Shown here piece by piece: positions 25,150-38,200 of a stretch of DNA of 64,000 bases. The stretch is from positions 1,066,049 through 1,130,048 of the forward strand of contig BDGG01000016.1 in NCBI GenBank assembly GCA_001949185.1, in the 5' to 3' direction. The position numbers and the translations under genes were made by a program. The stretch is from Ramazzottius varieornatus (Eukaryota > Animalia > Tardigrada). The first letter of the stretch is position 1; every line of letters starts with the position of its first letter. The notes below the pieces were generated by a model that saw only the letters and a list, made by a program, of their open reading frames with translations, was not told the DNA's origin and did not search any database.

Positions 25150-25403
25150 GGTGCAGGCCGATGTTCAGCAATCAGTATCCGCACTATAGATATTGCGAGC
25201 GAAAGCGCACTAGCACAATTCGATACGCATAGTAAAATCGTGACGTCATATGTAAACATTGTGCGGCTCTTTTAACACAGAGCCTACGAGACGAACATGT
25301 TCCTACGATGTCACGATGTTCCGGTACGTATCGAATTGTGCTAGTGCGCTTTCGCTCGCAATCCGTATGTATACTGATGAGCTGCTAAACCGGTGCCGAG
25401 CAC
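25150..25403. mobile_element. MITE-like inverted repeat immediately upstream of the Argonaute gene
   Basis: TTGCGAGCGAAAGCGCACTAGCACAATTCGATACG ... CGTATCGAATTGTGCTAGTGCGCTTTCGCTCGCAA is a perfect 35-bp inverted repeat with imperfect extensions on both sides. Confidence 0.8.
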
Positions 25404-25535
25404 TGGTCAGAATTAATTTCATCTCTATTGTTGGCAGACAATGGCAGTCAGTCAGTTTCCGTTCTGCCTGCGAGACGATCTTTCCTTCATCTTGCATCTT
25501 TTTGTCTGACAGGTCCAGGGAGAGCGGAAGTCATC

Positions 25536-28500
25536 ATGGAGGTTGCAGGAGATCCTATGGATTACCTGAAAGAATTCAGCCGTCGCGGAGAAGTCTACGG
25601 CCGCAACGGTGCGCCGACGGAAGTCATCACAAATGCATATCAAGTCAAAGGGCGTAAGTTGTTCTTTCTTCCCCTTTTCCATTCAGGAAGTGGTATTGAA
25701 AGCCTCAGCCCATGGTTTGGTGAGGACTGATGTTGGTTCGTTCTTTAAGTGTCCCGAAAATGCGAGCTCGACTTCTTCGACGTGAAGATTACCCAAAAAA
25801 CGCAGACCCGGAAACGAGAATCCGGAAGGAGCAGAACCGAGCTCTGATGCTAAAGACAATTCAGCAGCTCCAGCATCAGTGGCAGATTGCTCAGCCGCTC
25901 TTTGCCTACGACGACGAGAAGACGCTGGTGTTCGTCAACACCCAGATCCCACTGGCGAAGCATGAAACGGCGAAGGTGATCGTGACGGAACCCGGACGGG
26001 GGGACGGATGGCCTTCCAACCCACATTAAACACACCGTCATACTGAAGATCACTAAGAAGCTCCTCATCACGGATGCTGACTTCCGGCCCATTCCTCCTA
26101 AGACCGCGGAAGAGGAACGGATGAGCAGAGTAAGCGTCAAATCAAACCTGACTTTCAACTTTCCGAATCTCGACTTCTGTATTTTGAACTTCCTGTTTGT
26201 GTTTCTATGCAGACTCGAAGGATGATTGAGTGTCTCCAGGCTCTCAACCTTCTGCTGCGAGAAGCTCTCACTGATCCATCGACTCGCCGAGGTGACAAGC
26301 CGGATCTCATGGTCGTTTCTCTTCATGACAAGATCTTCGCCAACGTGCAGGAAGAATACTTCAAGGATCAGACCAAATGGCGATCGATCTGGTAAGCCTT
26401 CTGTCTCTTTACTAACTTAGTTAGATTTCTTCTCTAGGGCCTTTATCTTCACGAGAATTTTCCGTTGAAAGTTTTTCTTGAAAGAGAACGAGCAACCCAT
26501 CACTTCCGGAAGATTTTCTGGATTTTTCAAACGCGGAAACGGACGCCGCCCGGCTCCGGTCACGAGTTTGGTGCCGGAACAGCGGGTATTGACGGCAGCG
26601 GAGCAGGTCTTGTTTGGTTGGGTTGAAGTTGCAGGAGGTGACGTCACAATCAGCCATTGCCCAGTCAGGGCTCTCTGACGTAATCATATGGTTTAGTTCA
26701 CTTCCGGCTTCAGCAGTACTAACTTGATTGTTTGTTTGTAGGCAAGGCTTCACCGCAGCGTTGAACGTGTCCAAGAACGGTTTGGTCGTGAAGGCGGATC
26801 TCACCCATTCCGTCTTCTTTCGCGAATGCTCCCTGGCCGAATCCATCGCGCAGATGGCACAGATGCTCCTCTTGAGCGCCAACAGCAAAGTACGTCCGTC
26901 TTTTTGTCGTTTTGAAAAGCAGTGATGTCCCAATCGAAGCGATAACGTGAAAAGCCCGGTCCTTGTTTTTGTAGGTGGATCCCAAAGTGGCGTTGAAGGC
27001 CGGCCTAGCTTCGACCCTCAAGTCCCGTCTGGTCAAATTCCAGACTGCCGATGGGGAACAGCACGCTTCCGGCGTCATCACCAAGGTCCTGTATCGTCCG
27101 GCTGCTGATCAGTTCGTGGCGGATGGAGACGAGACCAAAGTCCTCCAGACATACCAGCAACACAACCAACGTCTTATGTATCCCAACCTTGGCTGGTAAG
27201 TGGAAGTCTTTCGAACTAACTTTCTTTTCAACTTGTGTTTGACACTTGCGGTTGTTTCTTTCTAGCGTCGAAATTACGGAAGCGGGGTACACGTACCGTG
27301 TCCCCTACGAAAAGGTTGTCGTGAAGAACGGGCAGCGCTACAACAAGATGCTTAACAAGCAAGAACAAGTAGGTATCGGTCTATTCTTTCTGGATGAGTT
27401 GCGTTGGTTTTTCCAACTGTGATTTTTGGTATGCCGTCCCAGTTTTCATGTGATTGACCCTGCGCTAACTTTGAATGGTGTTGCGTCTTAGATTGTCTTC
27501 ATCCGCGCTGTCAGCTCGTCTCCCGACCGTCGCATCGGCGCCATCGCCAAGTTCATAAATCTTTCGAGTAAGCTGCTCTCACATTGAGAATATTACTGGA
27601 GGGTTTCGGGATATTTCGAACATTAAGAATATTTCTGGAAACCGAAGAGTTTGTCGGTTGCTGAATTTGGTTTTGCATTCCCTCTGGAAAGTTATGGAAC
27701 AGTTTTTTCGTCTTTCGCAGACGTTCGTCAACATCCTCTCCTTCAGGCCATCGGTCTGGGGATCCACAACGACTTCATGGACATCCAAGCGCGCATTCTC
27801 CCGCAACCAGAACTGGAGTACGGATCAGGTCAGAACAAGATTGCCATGGTGCCTTCCAATGGCCAGTGGAACATGCCGCGTCACGCTTTCTACCAAGACC
27901 CCGCTCAACGTAAGTCTTCCTAGTTTCCATTTCTGGCCTTAATTTTTTGACACTGCAATAAAGATCATCAAGCAAATCCTTTCATAAAACTATTCAGTCC
28001 TGGAATGGGAGCTCGGCAAACAAATCTGAGAATTGTTTTCCTAAGTGGCGCACGATTTCGCTACCGCCACAGCCAGTTTCCGGTTCCCGCTGACTCCGAA
28101 AAAAGGTCGCCGAAAATTCAAAAGTTCTCTGATTTTTCAGCGTAAAATGAGCGTAAAATCAAAGCACGCTCCGATAACGTCATAGAGACGGCGTAAACGC
28201 AGCGTTTAACTCAAGACAAAAACATCGTCTGTGAACCCAGCGGGAAACTATGGCGACCCGTAATTTTTTTGGGACGGGCACGTGTTTGTTGTCTGTTAGA
28301 GTGCGCCACTCCGAACGGCCTACAATCTTGCCGAGGTTGTTTTCCCAACTGGCGCATGTTGTCAATGTAACTGTTTGAAAGCGTGCGCTACTTGGAAAAC
28401 TCGGCAAGATGGCTTTTCCAAGTGGCGCACTGCGTCACTGTTAACTGCCGAAAGCGTGCGCCTTCTGTAATAAGATGACGACTCTGACTTGTCCAGTTTC

Positions 28501-31245
28501 CGAATGTGGTTGCAAAAGTTGATAAGCCAAGGATGAGCCGCAGGTCAAATTGAGCTTTTTCCTTCTTGCAGCCGCTAATGACAAGGAGAGCCGTGGTCCG
28601 ACGGTGGTAGTTATCTATCCCCTTCGGGATGGTCGTCCGTGCGTGCCGCAAGGTCCGCCATGGACCTTGTGAACAAGCTGATGCAGGAAGGTCACCAGTG
28701 TGGCATGAACTGGAGTGGCGCGTTGGAGCCGTACGAGATGCCCAGTGGCAACGACTGGAAGACTCAAGATACCTTCATGATGGAACGCTTGGGCATAGAC
28801 GTGGTGAAGAAGATGAGGCCGGGTTTCATTTTTGCCATCTTTGACCGAGGCGCGGATCGTCAGTACTCAGGTATTTTGCATAAATTTCTCCTTTGAAAAT
28901 CTAAAAGGTTTTTAACAGAAATTTTGGATTTTCTTCCCAAATTTCCCGAAAGACTGTTCGTTGAAGTGGTTGATATTGAAGTTTGCTTTTTATTTACAGA
29001 CTTCAAGTCGGGAATGGACAACTTCTTCGGTATCCCCGGTCAAGGACTCCTGTGCGACACGGTGGAACGAAGTCCTCGAGGATGCGTGGAGAACATCATG
29101 TACAAGGTCAACGTCAAGTTTGGAGGTGAGCTTTCGAAAGAGCCTATTCCGAAACCGCGTAGGAAATCTTCGGGATTTCAGTTGAGAATTTGACTGAAAT
29201 CTTGAACGCGTTGGATGCTGTGTGTTTGCAGGAAACAACAACCAACTGACAGAGAACACGCTGAACTCGCTGAAGCTTCTCCATCGTCTCTTCATGGTGG
29301 TTGGTATCTCTCTGTCTCACGGAAAGACCAAGGACGACAAGGCCAAGTGCTCGTATGCTGGCTTCGTGGGAAGTATGGACGATAGCTTCCTGCGTTGGTC
29401 TACCGAGACCGCTTCTGTCGGTAGGACGAATCCTTTGGGCGCCCGATTCGTGAATCCCGGATATTTTTCTTCTGGATCTCGAACATTCAAGAAGTGTGAG
29501 CTGATCAGTTTCCGCCTTGCAGTGTCTAACGAGGCCTTGTTGCCTGACATTTCCGGACAGATGGAACGCTTGCTGCAGACGTACAAGGAGAACGTGGGCA
29601 ACTTCCCGGAAGTGATGGCGGTGTACCGCGACGGTGTCACTCACACGCACGAAAACGAGGTTGGTTTTTTTGATTTGCATTGTCTGTCCTTTTTATCGAA
29701 GTTTTCGTCTTTTGTTGGGGAAGGTTTTGTGAGCTCGGCAAACACATTCGACAAGATCGTTTTTCCCAGTGGCGCATACTTTTAGCCTGTAACATCGGGA
29801 ACGTGCGCCAGTAAGGAAGCGATTTTGTCCTGTTTGTGACTGTTTACGTTACCCGAATTTTTTTCCCAAGCAGTTTGTTTTTTTCCAACTAGCGCACGCT
29901 TTCAGATAATATGTATGAAAACATGCGCTACGTGGATAAAGAGTCTTGTCGAGGTATTCGCAAACTGGGTTTGAATCTCTCTTTCGTTTTAGTTGCACGG
30001 TAATGATATCCTGTGCCTGCGCAAGACCTTCACCAAGCTCGGTATCACAGTGGAGCTGGTGCTTATCGTTGTCAACATGATGCATCGAACCCGCTTCTTC
30101 CGCAAGCCCAACGCTGACTCGATGGGCGAACCCATTTACTCCAAGGACAACATCCCTCCCGGTTTGATCGTTGATGATGTGGTGGTCGATCCCTTTGGGG
30201 ATGACTTCTACTTGGCTTCCCATCGCGGTCTTCTGGTAAACGCTTTCATAAATTTCTTGTATGGTTCCAAGCTTTTGCCTGGTTGGATGATTCGGGAGTG
30301 AGGTTCTATTTCTGTCGTTGCAGGGTACTTCGCGTCCCATTCGCTACCACATTCTCAATCAACGAAGATACGACCAACACTACGCCTGATGATATTCAAG
30401 TAAATCCTTGTTCTTTCGATGGACTTTGGTGTAGTGCGGAAACTTTCGTACTGATTGTGATCGTCTCGTTTGAGTTGAAATAATCAATATCTACTTGAAA
30501 GCTGGGCCAACAAGTCCGGCAAGGTTGTTTTCCCAAGTGGTGCACGCTACCAGTGTTATTAACTGGTAGCGTGCGCCACTTGGAAGGGACTATAATCTTG
30601 CCGAGACTGTTTTCCCCAACTGGCGCCAGTTGTTAGTGTGATCGGTCGGGAGCGTGCGCCCCTTGGAAAAACAGTCCTGTCGAGTTTGTTTTCCCAAGTG
30701 GCGCACATTTCCTGTGTTGTTAACTGGAAGCTTGCGCCATTTGTGACAACGATCTTGCCATGCTCCAGCTTTCGCTTCTGAGAACCTCCCTTCCGTCCGT
30801 GGTTTTTTTGTTTGAGAGTTGAAGTCTCGTTGAGCTTTCTTTTCTGTGTTTTAGGGTTTGACCATGTCGCTGTGTTACACTTACCAGCGTTGCAACATGG
30901 GAGTATCCATCCCAGCGCCGCTGTACTACGCTAACTTGGCAGCGGCTCGCTGCGCTGTCTTGGCGGACAGCATCGTTCGCTCGTGAGTTCGGCTTCCGGT
31001 TCTCCAGTCTACATGGTTCTTTTTAGCATTGAGGCTTAGGAAGGCAACGTTAGCTTTCTTCTGTTTGTAGGAACCCGGATCCTCCCCCACGTGGCGATCG
31101 TGGCAGCTTCCGCGGAAGTCGTGCCGGGGGACGCGCCGATGTTAAGAGTGCTCCGGTCATGAGCCAGCGATTGCTGGGTTTGGTCGAAGAAGGCATTCAG
31201 CAACACCCGACGCTAAAACGTCTAAAGCGTCTCTCTTACATCTAA
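25536..31245 (+). CDS. Divergent Argonaute-family protein (N-PAZ-MID-PIWI), predicted non-slicing, intron-rich
   Basis: N domain: YGRNGAPTEVITNAY. PAZ: RLMYPNLG|CVE...VPYE...GQRY. L2: ARILPQPELEYG...NGQWNM. MID: YS|DFK...GIPGQ...NIMYKVNVKFGG. PIWI: VVGISLSH, VYRDGV, HRTRFF, NIPPGLIVD, DFYLASH...GTSRP, LCYTYQRC..VSIPAPLYYANLAA. Ends LSYI* (31243-31245). A short extra first exon at 25441 is possible. Confidence 0.92.
30500..30770. repeat. Palindromic element, 3-unit array (Argonaute intron)
   Basis: Three cores. The first spacer, GCTACCAGT-N7-ACTGGTAGC, is itself palindromic. Confidence 0.9.
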
Positions 31246-31924
31246 CATTTTATATCGTGGAATTCCTGTTGTGTTCCGTCCTCGTTCAAACGAGGTTTCC
31301 GGAGTTTCTCGTTGTGAGCAGTTCTTGTTTTTAATCCCATGTCTAACCTTTGCGAGCAGCTTTCGTGTTCGAGTTTTCGTTTCATTGAGCGTTGAATACG
31401 GTTATCACTTTCATTGCTAAAGGTTTTAGACCTTGTGTGGACTGTTTACGGTAACTTTGAAAAATTTGTGCTCAATTTCCTGTAGTTGAGACTTGTCACT
31501 GGTGACAAAACTTGCCTTTCGGGATCAAACATTCCTCAGACTTCTGGTGTTATGGTGTCGCTCTGAGAAACTACCATGTCTAGGTTTCCAGCTGCGAAAA
31601 GTGTTCAGAGGAAATGAGGTAAGTCTTGACAGCCACTAGCTTCCGTACTCGTAATCGTACTCAGTGGTTAAGGACGCAAGCTTTTGTTTCTATCTTTCTG
31701 CCCTGAAACTTGAGTCGGGGTGGAATCTACTTTTGGCTAACAGTTATTGTTTTTTCGCAAAAATTCCCCGTCTGCCACCCATCCGCGAACGCTGCTGCGT
31801 GTGCGTTACTCTGAATCTTGTCCGATATTTTTAGGGATAGATCCATCTTAAGGTATAGTGGCACGTCTTGATCAGAAGAAGAGGCACGTGCGAACGACTG
31901 CCGCTGGTCTGGAAAAAGAACTTT

Positions 31925-34391
<2,467 letters not shown>

Positions 34392-35231
34392 GTCGTCAAA
34401 AGAAAACCACAACAAAATTGGTAAACTGAAACTTCGTATTCGCATTTCGAGGTTTGAACTGGTCAATCAAGAGCCCAAGGCAAGCTTCAATCAACTCGCT
34501 AATCATTTAATTAATTTAATAATTCTGCTTCCGGTCGTAACCGCGTTTTCCTTTGTTCTACAGGCAATCGGATCGCAGTGTTGGTTAACCGTGAGATCCT
34601 CCTTCGGATTTATCGGTTTTGTCCGGATGAAGCCGTGTACAGCAGACGCTGGAAATGAGTCAACGCGGAAAAGAACGTTCTCTCAGCATGTCGGAAGCAA
34701 GGCTTTCGTTCGCCACCGTTGGCCAAGGAACATCCCCAGCTCGAACGACGACTCCAACGTTAGTGCATTCCTCCCTGTCGCTCTCCGAGATTCGCGAACT
34801 TCTTGCTGTATACACAGATACCACAGACTGCTTCTGTCAGCACGCTAGCTGTTTTTCGGACGGCACAGATCGCGACTTCCAGCCGCTCTTGTGTACGTAT
34901 ATGTTCTTGTCCTTCCTGCCCTAACTTCGCGAAGTTCTCATGCGTCTGCGGAAGGCGCATTCCTCACTGGCAATCGAATTGTTAAAAATAGACCTCAACC
35001 ATGCAATCGCTTACGTTAATGAAAAGTTTGTTTGCGTAACCAACTTTGCAAGCGATCTTCTTCCTCCCTTCCACCCGACTGCCATTTCCTCGATCTGATC
35101 TACCATATCAGATCTTGTTCCCCCACAGACGTGAAGCATTTTGTTTTCTTTTTCTGTTCTCACTACTTCCTTCAGTCATTTCCGTTTTGACAGGAAGTAT
35201 TTCTTTTTGCGGGAGCTGAGATTTAGGCAAG

Positions 35232-38200
35232 ATGGATCCGGAACTGCGTTACGGACGGGCGTACGTGCCACGCAGCAACTATTCCTACATCACCACGGTA
35301 AACCAACGGCCAGATCCACACTTGGCGCCGTCGGTCCTGGGACCAGTACGTATTATGTGTCTTGAACACCCTTTCCCTAATTCCTTGTCCTATGTCTGTC
35401 CCTCTAGACCAACCTGCCTCGCAAGCGAGCTAGTACTCCGACTACCCGCGCATATTCCATGCCCCCACCGACCGAACGCGACTGGACTCCCAGTACCACC
35501 TGGTGGATGCCGGTACGCTATCTGTTTCTTGCATCTCTATGTTGCACTTAAGCTCCTGTATCTCTAGAATATTCCAAAATCCACTAGTCATCAAATGGTA
35601 CATGCATTAGTATGAATGATCGACACCCGGTTCAAGTCGCGCATGATCAATTTCGTATACATTAATATCTGAAATCACAGACGTTGCCTGAACTGAAAAC
35701 CTTTATCGTGCATCGAGTTAAGCATGCCAGGTTTGGTCTTTTGGAATATCAGAAAACGGGTTTGAAATTTGGTCGTGTATTTTCAGAAGCGCGAATGGTA
35801 TTATGGAGCTTACGAGGTTCGTAATTTTGGTTTGATAATCTGAACTGTTTTTCGCACTTTAAGTCGGTTGTTTTGCAGGATTTGTACGCGCCCAGCTCGA
35901 GTTTGAAAGCTCGCCTGAAAAGCGGTGACAGCAACGTCAGTCGGGTGAGCTTTCTATTTTGCATACTGTAGCCTTTTTATAGACCTGCCGGAAGCTTGGC
36001 TTCTTCCAAGGTTCCGCTCAATGGATCATGGCATTTCCCTCTGCCGACACCACTGTGAAATAATATCAAATGCTATATACAATTCTTCTGTAGCGCCGAA
36101 TGATGGACGACATTCACTACGAGCTGAACCGCTTCCGTCCACCACATCTGGAGTCAAGAGCCGAATATCCCGTGCGACGTTATCGGTAAGTCGGAAACGC
36201 CTAAATTAGCCAACCCTCGATTGATTGCGCAGTGGGAATCTTTCGGGTTTCAGGGATCACAACGCAGATAACTGGCAGGACACTATGGATTTGCTGTTCC
36301 CGTCTACCACGAACCGGTCGTTCCGGAACGATGCCGTCCAGAACAACTACTCTGGCACGAGACTCAGCCGACGATCGGCTCACAACAAGGAACGCCTCAA
36401 CGATCTTCGCTACGACTACGACATCCTCCGACGGGTACGTAAAGCTCCGAAATAAATACACCCTGTTCTAATAGACTGACACCATCTAAAAAACCTGTTC
36501 AGAGTTTCAAAATCATGATATGTTTTTCCCCAAAAAACGCATGAAGTCTAATGCATGCACGCATGCAAATATGTGTAAAAAATTTTCTGAAGTCGATGAA
36601 GCTTGAAATAATATTCCAACAACTATCTACCGGATTTCTTTTTGCTGTTTCTGAAATGCTTCAATTTCATTGATGTATTTCACAGAAGTTCAAGCCGAAA
36701 GCATGGGCAAATGAACTGAACAAGATTGTTATCCCAAGCGGCGCACGTTTGCACCGATGTTGGCTGGAAGCGTGCGCCACTGGGGATAACAATCAGGTTC
36801 AGTCTATTTGCCCAGCTCCCGACTGTTCTACTTGCATGGGCGCTTACGATGAATCATCCCGTGTGAAGGACTTTGCGGTGATTGCTCTTTTTGACAGGAC
36901 CCTAGGCACTTGATCTGGCAGGACCAGCGGGGTGCTCCCCTCCACCTTCACTACGACTATACCCCGCTATTTCACTATTTCACCCGTGTTTCTTACCCGC
37001 AGGGTCGTATGAATGACTATCCGGGTCTGCCGCGCTACGGCTACGTCCCGTTTACCAGTAGCGAGGCGACCAGTATCTACGACGATGTCGGGCCATATCT
37101 TCACCCGTCCTCTCGTCCGTAAGTTTGGTTTTATAGCTCTCCTTCTAGCTCTCTAGTCGGCGATACCCTCACAAGTACTCTCTGTTTGTGTCACTGCCAT
37201 CATGCTTGCTATGCACGATGTTCTGCACCTAGTTTATTTTTCGGCAGATGTTAGTTCTTAAACTTATGGGCTCTGACATTGTGGTTTAGTGGTTGGACTC
37301 GGTGAATGCCATCCTCTGTCCCTTACGTCATTCTTTTGGCAATTATTAATAGAACAGAAGGAAACTTTTCCGTGACTTCTGCCATGACGGTTCAACATGC
37401 TAATGAATACTTTTCCCCCGATTGAACTTCAGCAGCTGCATGCTTGGCAGAATCTTACTATTTTGGGCTGCAAAAGTCTCAAGATCAATTTTCGCATAGC
37501 AAACATATTTCCCCCACAATTCGTTAACAGATTCACCTTAAGAACGCTATAAGACCCTAATTCAGTCCTTGCGAAGCAAACGAAAGACGCGAAGGTGAAA
37601 AACCAGAAAGCACAGTTCTGTCCACTACTGTCTACCATATTCCCAACATACCTATATTGAGCCATCCGGGGCACTCTGACGTTGTGAATGTGCGCCATTT
37701 TGTTTTGTCCGCCTTTTTGTCCGTCGAACGCCAGTATTGATGTCTTCCCTGCAATGCCATTCCAACGCGAATGAGTTCAAGTCGACAGTATAAACTGGTA
37801 ATTAACTCTTTGGAACCTCATCGAAATCTGCTCATAAGAACTGTTTTCTGATTGTAGGAGTCCGACCCTCAAACCACTCCGAGGAGTGCCCGCTTACAGA
37901 CCGTACGAGGAATGGCTGCCCACCACATCGCACAGCTTCAGTGTTCCCGCTAGATACTTGGTCAGGCCGGAACCTTACCGAGCCAAGAGCGTTCCCCGAT
38001 CCAGATTCTGTAAGGTTTGACTTTATCAAATGCGAGCTCGCCATTCAAAAAACCAACAGGATCGTTTTTCCCAAGTGCCGCACGCTTCCAACCAGTAACA
38101 CTGAGAACGTGCGCAACTTCGGAGTGTTTTCTCAAATCGCGCACGGTCTTAGTTTTATTGGCTGGAAGCTTCCGCCACTTGTAAACAATCTTGTCGAGTT

